Origin: a virus
Lineage: Duplodnaviria > Caudoviricetes
Direction: 5' to 3' (one strand)
Virus record (IMG/VR): IMGVR_UViG_3300032225_000686
Length of the DNA stretch: 64,000 nucleotides
Positions 47,764 to 57,147 of the stretch are shown one piece after another (positions within the stretch are counted from its first letter, which is position 1; each line of letters begins with the position of its first letter). Under the pieces are notes generated by a model that saw only the letters and a program-made list of their open reading frames with translations, made no database searches and was not told where the DNA came from. Position numbers and translations under genes: made by a program.

Positions 47764-48123
47764 ATGATGCTTATACCGAACAACGATTACGCAGTCCTTT
47801 CAGTAGCCGATGAGGCAGAACTCAAGCCCGGCGTTACCTTCACAGCAAAGGTTGAAGCAGTAGGTCAGACTCCCTTTGCACCACAGCCAGTCGGTGGCGA
47901 TGGACGCAACTTCTCATTCGCAAGACAGCCCGATGCCTTCCCCCTGAAGAAGGGCGATGAAGTCCTCTGTGGTAGTTTTGTTGAGACCTTCAAGGACGGT
48001 GCTAGAACTCTAGTCATCGTGTTCAAGGATCACATCTACGCTATTGTCCGTAGCGAGGAAGAGGAGATCAACCTCTTCAACCAAGAGATGGCGGTCAAGG
48101 AGCCTCAGTTTCTTCAGGGCTAA
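47764..48123 (+). CDS. second GroES/gp31-like co-chaperonin
   Basis: IPNND, VEAVG, LKKGDEVL, DHIYAIV; late promoter. Confidence 0.6.
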   Translation: MMLIPNNDYAVLSVADEAELKPGVTFTAKVEAVGQTPFAPQPVGGDGRNFSFARQPDAFPLKKGDEVLCGSFVETFKDGARTLVIVFKDHIYAIVRSEEEEINLFNQEMAVKEPQFLQG

Positions 48124-48126
48124 TGA

Positions 48127-48639
48127 ATGAAGGTTCTTCTTCTGAATTCAAGCGAAGAAGTCCTAAACCTGATTGATTGGAAGCGAGCCGTAAACCTACT
48201 CTGTTCGGGTAGGGCGGCGAAGCCCTATGGTCATGAGGACTTCTATCAGATTCGTACACCTGTAGGGCAGTATGCCTTACCCACGGCTATCGTGCTTGTG
48301 GAGTATGTCCATGTTCCTCATAGAGTGGAAGGCGTGACTCGTAAGGGCATCTTCCGACGAGATAAGTTCTCCTGCCAATACTGCGGGTGTTCTTTGAACT
48401 CCTCCAACGCTACAGTTGACCATGTTCTTCCTGTGAGTAGAGGTGGTCTATTCTCTTGGAAGAATGCGGTGGCTTCCTGCAAGCCCTGTAATGCCCGCAA
48501 GGCTAACAGGACACCCGAGGAAGCCAAGATGCCTCTAAAGACCAAGCCATTTGTACCCACCCGTAAGATGTTGATCTACACGATTGTGGACAAAATGGGC
48601 ATCAAGAAATGGGGAAGATGGGTTCAGGGAAATGAATAA
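48127..48639 (+). CDS. HNH endonuclease (McrA-like)
   Basis: RDKFSCQYCG, TVDHV.P.SRGG, CKPCN. Confidence 0.92.
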   Translation: MKVLLLNSSEEVLNLIDWKRAVNLLCSGRAAKPYGHEDFYQIRTPVGQYALPTAIVLVEYVHVPHRVEGVTRKGIFRRDKFSCQYCGCSLNSSNATVDHVLPVSRGGLFSWKNAVASCKPCNARKANRTPEEAKMPLKTKPFVPTRKMLIYTIVDKMGIKKWGRWVQGNE

Positions 48640-48651
48640 ATACCCTAGCCT

Positions 48652-49896
48652 ATGCTCTCATTCACCAATTTTTTAAATCAGCCATGTAAGGTACTAGCCG
48701 AGGAGGGTAAACTCACCCACCTTGCACACCTTGAGGACGGTATGTTTTTGGATGGGGTGGATGGTCTAAACGACTCCATCGACATATTGAACAAGGTTGT
48801 AGATACTCTCACGCCCTCCCGCGTGGGCGCGCCCGCGCCCGTGAGCGTGACTACTAAATGGGACGGAGCACCCGCTGTTGTTACGGGTACAGACCCAAGC
48901 AACAAGAAGTTCTTTGTGGCTACCAAGTCAGCCTTCAACCCAAAGAACCCGATACTAAACTACAGCATAGAAGACATCAAAAAGAACTACCCCGATTCAG
49001 GAGTAGCCGAGAAGTTGATTGATGCCTTCACCTACCTGAAGCCCATGAACATCAAGGGAGTGTTTCAGGGAGACTTGTTATACACGACTACGGGAAGGAA
49101 AGAGGAAACCATAGACGGTATCCGCTATATCACTTTCCGTCCAAACACCATCGTTTATGCTGTTCCTGTGGATGGTCCTGTTGGGGTGTCTATCAAAGCA
49201 TCCAAGATAGGTATTGTTTTCCATACTAAGTACACAGGCTCAACCATAGCAACAATGACTGCTTCTCCTTTGGGTAACACCAAGGTAGGCAGTACATCTA
49301 CAGCAGTATGGTCAGTAGATCCAAAGATTCCTGCGTTGCCGAAGAACTCTCCCGTTCTGATGCAACCGCCCGAAGTCAAGTTGCTTAGTGAGTTGGTTAA
49401 GCAGATCAAGAGCAAAGGCAAAACGCTATCTGCTTTCCTCACAAACTTCTTGGCTAAAGAACCGGCAAAATACATCAGTCTATACATCAATTCAACAGTC
49501 AATACAGGAATCTCAAACCGTAATGCAAACGGTCTTGGTCTTTACATTAGAACAAGAGAGACCAAGGAGATGGATAAGTTGAAGACGGAGAAGGCAAAGG
49601 CACAAAGGCAAGAGAAGTTGGATGGCATGATTGCTTATCTCAACGCTTACGCCAAGCAGATTGATGGACTCTTTGAACTGCACTCTTTGATTTCGCAGGC
49701 AAAGATGGTCCTTGTAAACAAACTAGCCATGACTAATGTGGTTGACACATTCAATATAACCGACAAGGGTTATGTGAAGACTGCGCCTGAAGGATTCGTT
49801 GCTGTATGCGGCGATACCTGCAAGATGGTCAAGTTGGTAGACAGAAATCAGTTCTCGCGTATAAACGCAACATCGAAGAAGGAGTGGAGCAAGTGA
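48652..49896 (+). CDS. ligase-like nucleotidyltransferase (DUF6267-type)
   Basis: THLAHLED, TKWDGAPA, QGD, PEGFV, KLVDR..FS. Confidence 0.75.
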   Translation: MLSFTNFLNQPCKVLAEEGKLTHLAHLEDGMFLDGVDGLNDSIDILNKVVDTLTPSRVGAPAPVSVTTKWDGAPAVVTGTDPSNKKFFVATKSAFNPKNPILNYSIEDIKKNYPDSGVAEKLIDAFTYLKPMNIKGVFQGDLLYTTTGRKEETIDGIRYITFRPNTIVYAVPVDGPVGVSIKASKIGIVFHTKYTGSTIATMTASPLGNTKVGSTSTAVWSVDPKIPALPKNSPVLMQPPEVKLLSELVKQIKSKGKTLSAFLTNFLAKEPAKYISLYINSTVNTGISNRNANGLGLYIRTRETKEMDKLKTEKAKAQRQEKLDGMIAYLNAYAKQIDGLFELHSLISQAKMVLVNKLAMTNVVDTFNITDKGYVKTAPEGFVAVCGDTCKMVKLVDRNQFSRINATSKKEWSK

Positions 49897-52800
49897 AACG
49901 GTTCACCGAAATAGTAGCAGAAGCCCCAAAGAAAGAGAAGGCGATAGTCATAGGTGTTGGCAGGTTCAATCCTCCTACTATCGGTCATGAACTGCTTTGC
50001 AAGAAGGTAATGGATGCTGCCTCTGCTCGTCAGGCAGAACATGCTATCTTTGTCTCCACTTCAAAAGACCCAAAGAAGAATCCTCTTGATGTCAAGACCA
50101 AGTTGGAATACCTAAAGAAGTTCTTCCCCAAGGTAAACTTCAAGGAGATGGGAGTATACAAGTCTCCAGATACGGGTAAGAATATTGGTGGTCCATTCGG
50201 TGTCCTACAGATGTTGAGCGACAAGGGCTACAAGAAGGTCTATGTCGTAACGGGCGCAGATCACATGGAAGTCTACAAGGGTGCGAGCAAGTATATCAAC
50301 ACCGACCCAAACGACAAGACAGGATACAAGTTCACCGAATACGAAGTCATCAATGCAGGAGACCGCGATCCCGATGCGGAAGGTGTAACTGGTATGTCTG
50401 CCTCAAAGATGCGTAAGGCTGTGTTTGACGGAGACTACAACGAGTTCCTAAAGGGTGTTCCTGCTCATGTAAGCAAGACAGATGCGAAGAAGTTGTACAT
50501 GGCTGTACGCAAGGGACTACAATTATCTGAAGAGTGGCTGTGGGAAGAGAAGTCTTCTGATGTCACTATCCTCTGCTTGACTTCTGCTGAAGGAAGCATT
50601 GAAGGATCAAGCATAGAAAAGATGGAGAAGTCCTGCAAGAAGAAGGGCATAGAGTTCCATGTAGTGAAGATGAAGTATGCCATGATTGATACGGGGACTG
50701 CAACACCCAACAAGATAGTCATTCAAAACATAGACGGGGATAAGAAGAGTATCACCATCGACCCCACCAATACTTTGTGCTTCGTGCGCGGTGGCGTGAT
50801 GAATTCGGAGATCGGTATTGGTCTCTCTACCGTACTACAGAACAACGGTGTGTTCATGGTCAACGAAAAGGGTGCTATGGATTTGTGTGCAAACAAGTTG
50901 CAGACTGCCCTAGCACTCAAGAAGTTTGACCTGCCACACCCACGAACAGCATTCGTTTCGGATGTTGACTCCATTCCAAATGCCATGAAGGCTATTGGTG
51001 GCAAGTATCCAGTAATCCTCAAGACAATCACAGGAGCCGAGGGTATCGGTGTCTCCATCATTGAAAGCGAGAAGTCTCTGCTTTCGGTTCTACAGTCATT
51101 GTGGAAGTTCGGTGCAGAGTTGATTATTCAAGAGTTCCTGCCCGGATTCAAGAACGATGTTCGCAGCATCGTACTCAACGGCAAGATATTCGCATGTGCC
51201 AAGAGAGATAAGGCAAAGGGAGATTTCCGAACGAACATCGCCCGTGGCTCAAAGGGTGGCTCATTCAAGTTGTCAGATGAAGAGATTGCTCTAGTGGAGA
51301 AGGTCGCTCGCGTGAGCAAGTGCTATTATGTTGGAGTTGACCATGTAGTTGTTGACGGTAAGCCATACATCATAGAGATGAATGCTTCTCCCGGCAGCGG
51401 TAATGTCTACACCATCTACAAGGACGGTAAGCCTGTAAAGGAAGTAGATGGTGAAGGATTGATGGATGAGTTGATTGAGCATGTCTCAAACAAGGCTAAC
51501 TGGAAGTTGTTCACGGCAGTAGCCGTAGCAGACAAGATCGTTGTTGATGGTAAGGACTTCATCTGCAAGGTAGACACAGGCAACAGCGGTTATAACTCAA
51601 TTCACGCAACAGACATCAAAATCAACGAGAAGAATCATACAGTCTCATTCAAGTTCAACGGCGAAACTCAAATCACCAAGAATATTGTAAGCAGAGTCAA
51701 GATTCGTCGTGGTGGTATCAAAGACCAAGAGGTTCGCCCAGTTGTTTTGCTAGATGTTGAGTTTGCCGGTAGAAAGCACAAGAATGTCAAGTTCACTTTG
51801 GCTGATAGAAGCCACATGACCTACAAGGTTCTTGTTGGTGTTCGCTTCCTTGTGCAGGCAGGTGTGCAGGTAGACCCTAGTGATATGTCTGCTGCTGCAC
51901 CTGCGGTCAAAGAAGAGGCAGAGCAAATCATAGAGGCAGAATATAAAACGAAGACAGGCAAGACCAAGGCTAGTCCAAAGGATAAGGAAACAGGACTACC
52001 AAAAAAGTATGTTTCGGGGTTGAGTGACAAGCAAGCAAAGAAGAGGGAAGCACAGTTTGCTGCCCGCAAGGCTAGGTCTGATAGTGATCCCAAGGCATGG
52101 AAGAAGTTGCCGGGTGATCCAGAGAAGACAGCAAAGAGATCAAAGTATTCTGTAGCATTTGCCAAGAAGTTCGGAAGTAAGTCAGAAGCCTACGAGTTGC
52201 AGAATGTTCTTGAGACTCTTCTGCTTGTAGATGATGCCCCTACAAATGCCGTGAAGGTGGAGAAAGCCCGAAACTATCAATCACGGGCAACATGCCAAGA
52301 AGAGATTGATGCTTGGGAACTCTATATCACGGGCATCAAGGAATCCATGTATGGTGGGGTTATCCCCGAAGGAAAACTGACTCTAGAGGAGAAGTTTGAA
52401 GACATCTTGGTGAACCACACGGACAAGACAAGTGAGGCTCGTCAAGCATACCTTGAAGCCCTTGAGGTTGGAACAGATAAGATCAGAAAGACCTACGCAA
52501 AGGACACTCCGGGTCAAGAGAAGTTGGCAGAGGAAGACAAGGAAAAAGAAGAACAGGATGCCGTCTACAAGGAGTGGTCTAAGTTGGTAAACATGGGACC
52601 AAAGGAACTTGAAAAGTTCATTGATTCCGATGAAGGGGAAGAAGCCGGTCTTTCGCGCAAGGAGGCGGGCAAAGCAGGTTCGGGTGGTGGTAAAATTACA
52701 AGTGGTAGAGACTCTGCCCGTGCTATTGTAAGAATGTTGAAGCGTAACAAGGATTCTTGGACACCCAACGATTGGAAGTGGGCAAAGAAGCAGATAAACT

Positions 52801-52907
52801 TTATAAATAGAATGAAGGGAGCCAAGGGCAAGATGCGTGAGCCTGATGGAACCCCGACCCGCAAATTACTGGCCCTAAAGATATGGGGTCACAATCCAGA
52901 AAAATGA
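49893..52907 (+). CDS. fusion: cytidyltransferase + RimK ATP-grasp + retropepsin-like protease + DUF3140-like domain
   Basis: GRFNPPTIGH/SASKMR; NKLQT, G.EG.GV, QEF, FRTN, GVD, EMN.SPG; KVDTG; LVNM..ELE...WGH.P. Confidence 0.8.
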   Translation: MKRFTEIVAEAPKKEKAIVIGVGRFNPPTIGHELLCKKVMDAASARQAEHAIFVSTSKDPKKNPLDVKTKLEYLKKFFPKVNFKEMGVYKSPDTGKNIGGPFGVLQMLSDKGYKKVYVVTGADHMEVYKGASKYINTDPNDKTGYKFTEYEVINAGDRDPDAEGVTGMSASKMRKAVFDGDYNEFLKGVPAHVSKTDAKKLYMAVRKGLQLSEEWLWEEKSSDVTILCLTSAEGSIEGSSIEKMEKSCKKKGIEFHVVKMKYAMIDTGTATPNKIVIQNIDGDKKSITIDPTNTLCFVRGGVMNSEIGIGLSTVLQNNGVFMVNEKGAMDLCANKLQTALALKKFDLPHPRTAFVSDVDSIPNAMKAIGGKYPVILKTITGAEGIGVSIIESEKSLLSVLQSLWKFGAELIIQEFLPGFKNDVRSIVLNGKIFACAKRDKAKGDFRTNIARGSKGGSFKLSDEEIALVEKVARVSKCYYVGVDHVVVDGKPYIIEMNASPGSGNVYTIYKDGKPVKEVDGEGLMDELIEHVSNKANWKLFTAVAVADKIVVDGKDFICKVDTGNSGYNSIHATDIKINEKNHTVSFKFNGETQITKNIVSRVKIRRGGIKDQEVRPVVLLDVEFAGRKHKNVKFTLADRSHMTYKVLVGVRFLVQAGVQVDPSDMSAAAPAVKEEAEQIIEAEYKTKTGKTKASPKDKETGLPKKYVSGLSDKQAKKREAQFAARKARSDSDPKAWKKLPGDPEKTAKRSKYSVAFAKKFGSKSEAYELQNVLETLLLVDDAPTNAVKVEKARNYQSRATCQEEIDAWELYITGIKESMYGGVIPEGKLTLEEKFEDILVNHTDKTSEARQAYLEALEVGTDKIRKTYAKDTPGQEKLAEEDKEKEEQDAVYKEWSKLVNMGPKELEKFIDSDEGEEAGLSRKEAGKAGSGGGKITSGRDSARAIVRMLKRNKDSWTPNDWKWAKKQINFINRMKGAKGKMREPDGTPTRKLLALKIWGHNPEK

Positions 52908-53164
52908 AGAAGTTCAAAGACCTAGTTGAAGAATTGGAACTAAAGGAGAGCCTGAAAGCCTTGAAAGACAAGGCTGCAAAATCAGGGATCTCATATTCAA
53001 TTTTGAAACAAGTATACAACAGGGGGATGGCTGCTTGGAAAGGCGGTCACAGACCCGGAGCCACACCACAACAATGGGCATTGGCTAGGGTCAACTCATT
53101 TTTAACAGGCGGAAAGACCCGCCATACCGCAGACGCAGACCTTTGGAAGAAAGCCAAGGGCTGA
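52904..53164 (+). CDS. DUF5824-like small head protein
   Basis: MKKFKDLVEE; VYNRGMAAW...QQWALARVNSF. Confidence 0.75.
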   Translation: MKKFKDLVEELELKESLKALKDKAAKSGISYSILKQVYNRGMAAWKGGHRPGATPQQWALARVNSFLTGGKTRHTADADLWKKAKG

Positions 53165-53206
53165 AAAATACTAAATATAGATTAGCAACATCCTCAAGGA
53201 GTTACA

Positions 53207-53770
53207 ATGCACAACAGTCCAATTAGCAAGGCTTTTTACAACAACATCGCAGAAGTCCTATCAGGCAAGACCACAAAGAAGGTCGAACTTCCTGCATCAT
53301 TGATAGAAGCCGCCAAGAACGCTCGTAAAGACCTACAAGAGTCCCTTCTAACTGAAGGTTACACAAGTATTGAGCGTAAGAAGGAAATCCTACGGAAGCA
53401 TCTCAAGGAAGGTGCTGCCAAGTGTGGTTGCAACCTAACCAATCAGATGGTTGCTCGTTTTGATGAGATGGTCTACGAGGACGAGGCTCCTGTTGTTGCC
53501 GAAGCATCCAAGGACAAGATGCCAACACAGAACAGCCCACTAGCAACCCCAAGTGAAGTTGCCAAGAAGACCGCCAAGCCAGAATCAAAGGGTGGCATGG
53601 GCAAGAATACCGGTTTGGCTAGCACGGGCAAGAACCCCGCCAAGATTGGTGAGGAGAATGTTGCCGAGGCTCAGCAGATTTTAGAAACAACTGAAGCACT
53701 AGACGCTTTTGTGAATGAGTTGAATGAGGACGAGATTCGTATCCTCAAGAACATTCTTTTCAACCGCTAA
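53207..53770 (+). CDS. late protein (head core/scaffold-like)
   Basis: late promoter; multiple LxE sites. Confidence 0.45.
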   Translation: MHNSPISKAFYNNIAEVLSGKTTKKVELPASLIEAAKNARKDLQESLLTEGYTSIERKKEILRKHLKEGAAKCGCNLTNQMVARFDEMVYEDEAPVVAEASKDKMPTQNSPLATPSEVAKKTAKPESKGGMGKNTGLASTGKNPAKIGEENVAEAQQILETTEALDAFVNELNEDEIRILKNILFNR

Positions 53771-53795
53771 ATAAAGGCAAGAGGAGAAACCGAAA

Positions 53796-54599
53796 ATGTT
53801 TTGGAACACCAACGACAGAGAAGAATCAAAGCCAAATTGGCTAAACGCAGGACAGAAGCGGTATTGTGTTCGCACAAACAGAGGTTGGGAAGTGCCTCAA
53901 GCAGATTCTGTTTCAAACTTGGCTAACCAGTTTGAAGGACCAAAGACCCTATCAGTAACAGGCAATGTTCCGATGATGGAAGTGCTTGTTGCTCTACCTG
54001 TAGACCCAAGCATAACCGGAGTTACTGCTTCTAACTTTGCAAACCGTATCTCGCCCGGCAGCGTAGCAAACTCTGCTTATACTGGAAACGGTGGAACAGC
54101 AGCAGATGCAACCAACTATGCTCCGTACATCACCTGCCCATTCGGCGGCGATAGTTTCACAGCAGGCGGAATGAATTCTCTAGGAGTTTCACACGATGCA
54201 AACACAAACTACGGCTTGAATGGATACGGCGTATCTACACTATACTGGCCAAGTTTGAGCAACGGCGGAAGCACAGGATACATCAAGGTATGTGCCAACG
54301 ATGTAAACTTCACCAATGCACTAACTCTATCTTTGACTGCTTCAAGCCTAACAGCAGCATCCACAACAGGTGGAACAATAAGAACAATTGCGTTCTACAC
54401 CAACTCAAATCTATTGAACACCTCAAATGTTCCTGCTGATGTTTACGCCGCATTCTTTGGACCAACATCCGCATACGGTAGCAACATCGGTGTCATTCGT
54501 ATTCCTTGGGGAATTACCGCAGGCAACTACGGAATGACTGCCAATATCTACGATGGAACAGTCACCGGTTCAAGTAAGTTCACAGTCACCGTTTATTGA
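53796..54599 (+). CDS. virion structural protein
   Basis: late promoter; KPNWL..RGW; G/S/T/N-rich. Confidence 0.6.
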   Translation: MFWNTNDREESKPNWLNAGQKRYCVRTNRGWEVPQADSVSNLANQFEGPKTLSVTGNVPMMEVLVALPVDPSITGVTASNFANRISPGSVANSAYTGNGGTAADATNYAPYITCPFGGDSFTAGGMNSLGVSHDANTNYGLNGYGVSTLYWPSLSNGGSTGYIKVCANDVNFTNALTLSLTASSLTAASTTGGTIRTIAFYTNSNLLNTSNVPADVYAAFFGPTSAYGSNIGVIRIPWGITAGNYGMTANIYDGTVTGSSKFTVTVY

Positions 54600-54608
54600 T
54601 AGGAGTAC

Positions 54609-55766
54609 ATGATGCGTTTCAAGGACTTGCGTAAGAGTCTGATTGAGAATGGTGGGTATGGTGCGGAAACTGGTTTTTCGCATCTTCGTCCCGCTGTAGG
54701 TCCGTTCAATCCCGATGGTGCAATAGACACCCCCGAGACAAATATTGCCTCACTAACTGGTGAAGCAATAGAGAAAATTAATGCTTACTTGGGTGCTGCT
54801 TTCTGCAAGTCATACATCAACCCATCAACTGTTCTAAATCAGATCAAGATGAAACTCGGTGAGTTTGGTCTTCACTTTGATTACAGGCTTCCCCCTTCAA
54901 AACAAGGCGTTGGTCCAACCAAGACTACAAACAGTACCTTGGATAAGAACGGTCCAATAGATCATGTTGAAGAGGGCGAACACTACTATCCTCTAACAAT
55001 GTACGGTGGCTCATACGGTCGATACCCAACAGATCCGGGTTACGAACCATATCACTCAGATGGCATCACCCGCAAGACAGGAACCCCTCTTGTCCTATGC
55101 GTACATGTCATGCGTAACGAGAACTCAACCTTCACGGTCAAGCCATACATCAAGATGGGTTCTGTTCAGAATCCTGCTATGGAACAAACTGAAGTTGATG
55201 GAGAAGATATCGTTGAGGTTCAAACTCCACTTCGTTCCAAAGAAATGAAAATGAAGTATAATGATGCTTGGCTTCAGGGAGACAAGGAAGCCCGTCAAGT
55301 TAAGAAGCAAGACGATTCCGAAAAGGCCGACAAAAAGTTCCTATATCTAAAGGGCGGCAAAAAGGTAAGGAATTCGGGGCAGAATCCTGCTAGGGAAGAG
55401 GTAGAGGCATCGGACGAAGACCTACTAAATGAAGTAGTCTCAATGCAGGACTTGGGTTTCAAGCCCACCACTTCAATCGGCGGCACATCCTTGATCGGCT
55501 ACATCAAGGGAACAACCATCAACGAAATAACTAAGATACTTGGTCAGCCAAAGAGATATACCCGGGGTGAGAAGGTAAGTGTATTATGGGCTATCGGTAA
55601 CGGTAGATTGACCATAACCATTTACGATTACACCACAGGCGGTCTAGATGACAACGAGAAGTATGACTTCCATGTTGGCACATTCTACAACAAGTATTCG
55701 GTCACCGAGTCTGTTCGTAGAGCCTTGAGGCTGATGGGTCTGAAGTTTACCGCCAAGAAAAGATAA
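54609..55766 (+). CDS. putative internal head protein
   Basis: MRFKDLRKSLIE; modular with IVE/LNE sites. Confidence 0.55.
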   Translation: MMRFKDLRKSLIENGGYGAETGFSHLRPAVGPFNPDGAIDTPETNIASLTGEAIEKINAYLGAAFCKSYINPSTVLNQIKMKLGEFGLHFDYRLPPSKQGVGPTKTTNSTLDKNGPIDHVEEGEHYYPLTMYGGSYGRYPTDPGYEPYHSDGITRKTGTPLVLCVHVMRNENSTFTVKPYIKMGSVQNPAMEQTEVDGEDIVEVQTPLRSKEMKMKYNDAWLQGDKEARQVKKQDDSEKADKKFLYLKGGKKVRNSGQNPAREEVEASDEDLLNEVVSMQDLGFKPTTSIGGTSLIGYIKGTTINEITKILGQPKRYTRGEKVSVLWAIGNGRLTITIYDYTTGGLDDNEKYDFHVGTFYNKYSVTESVRRALRLMGLKFTAKKR

Positions 55767-55797
55767 AGGGCGTTTCAAAATCCGCATTTCACCGCCC

Positions 55798-55827
55798 AAA
55801 GGAGTTGTCAAAAGCAACTCCTTTTTT
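55798..55827 (+). terminator. Rho-independent terminator
   Basis: AAAGGAGTTG-tcaaaag-CAACTCCTTTTTT. Confidence 0.85.
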
Positions 55828-55860
55828 CTTGCATAGATAATGGTATAACGATGGTAAACT

Positions 55861-56247
55861 ATGCAATTCAAAAAACTGAATGAAGATAATTTTACGCTGT
55901 TCGCGGTCAAGAACTACGACAACCCGCAATGCGCGAGTATGAACGAGTTTGAAGAAGACCTCACACGCATAGTCTATTTGAAGCGTCTGTTCAAGAAGTA
56001 TCAACGAACAGACGAACTTCGGGAACGACTAATTCTCAACCATCTCATAACCTTCTACAATGTATTCGGTATTCCTGCGGGGAACCGAATGTTGTTTTAC
56101 AAGATGGACAAAGACCTGCTGTCCTATCTAAAAACCTTCTTGATCTACCTGCAATATCTGCCAGAAACGACTAAAGAATTAGAAGGCATAGATATTGTAG
56201 GAATACCGCTTGATCCTGCTATAGTCCAAAAGTTGAGGGAAATCTGA
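55861..56247 (+). CDS. conserved T4-like hypothetical protein
   Basis: YDNPQC..EF.EDL..YLKRL..RLILNH. Confidence 0.7.
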   Translation: MQFKKLNEDNFTLFAVKNYDNPQCASMNEFEEDLTRIVYLKRLFKKYQRTDELRERLILNHLITFYNVFGIPAGNRMLFYKMDKDLLSYLKTFLIYLQYLPETTKELEGIDIVGIPLDPAIVQKLREI

Positions 56248-56960
56248 TGAATATCATAGATGTTGTAATAGCCTACCGATTCGTTACGATCCTGTCAACT
56301 CCTTGGACAAGCATGGAAGCATTCAAGTACGGGATCATAAACAAGAACGGAAAGATTCTCAAGAAGAGAAGTGAACTAACAACAGCACAGGAAAAGGCTG
56401 CATATCCCGATGTTTTCTTCACCCTCTGTTGGAACATCAAGCGTATCCTTGAGAAGGTCGGGTTCAAGAGTCAGTTGACTAACTTTGCTGCTGCTCTGTG
56501 GCTGCTAAAAGAGAAGTACGGCGAAACCGATCCCATGAAGTTTGAGCGTCTACTAAACGACATCTTCAACGAGAGAGGCATATCGCTCAAGCCCATAATC
56601 GCAGAACATAAGAACAACAACCTGATAGAGCCGGGGGTGTATAGGCTCTACAACAAACTATACAGAGTCAAAGAGTCGGTCAAGCCTGTTGGTGATGTGT
56701 TTGGAATCCCCGTGTTCAAGTTTGGAAACAAGGTCTTCATCCTTGACGAACTAAAGCGAGTAGCCGAAGACGGTGCTGCTGTGGCTGCTCCTGCTAACAA
56801 TGTTGGTGGTGGTGCTATGGCGGGTGTCTCGCCGGGTCAAGACCCACCAATGCCAAAGAGCGTTGCCAAGAAGCGTAAGAAGATGTTGAAGCGTCAACAG
56901 GATAGAATCACGAAGGATGTGAAGACCCTGAATATCATTGATCCATCAGGGCAAAAGTGA
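56247..56960 (+). CDS. conserved T4-like protein upstream of primase
   Basis: YRF..L.TPW...AFK.GII...G; PANNVGGG. Confidence 0.65.
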   Translation: MNIIDVVIAYRFVTILSTPWTSMEAFKYGIINKNGKILKKRSELTTAQEKAAYPDVFFTLCWNIKRILEKVGFKSQLTNFAAALWLLKEKYGETDPMKFERLLNDIFNERGISLKPIIAEHKNNNLIEPGVYRLYNKLYRVKESVKPVGDVFGIPVFKFGNKVFILDELKRVAEDGAAVAAPANNVGGGAMAGVSPGQDPPMPKSVAKKRKKMLKRQQDRITKDVKTLNIIDPSGQK

Positions 56961-57112
56961 TACTGGGTGCTATGTATACGAGAAACTTGCCAGATTGACA
57001 AAAATAATGAACAATCTTTACTTGACATTTCAAAACACATCAACTTTAGTTAAAATTGCCAATTAGGTTGAATTCGTCGCTTGCAATAAACAGTTAACTG
57101 CCACATTGTCAC

Positions 57113-57140
57113 TTGATTTGCCCCGTGTTTATGATATACT
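57113..57140 (+). promoter_or_regulatory. sigma70-type promoter of primase
   Basis: TTGATT-N16-TATACT. Confidence 0.7.
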
Positions 57141-57147
57141 AGCCGCA

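Noticed and set aside
48127-48639. HNH gene as a mobile homing element
   Set aside because: Free-standing McrA-like family with no intron context or flanking signs of mobility.
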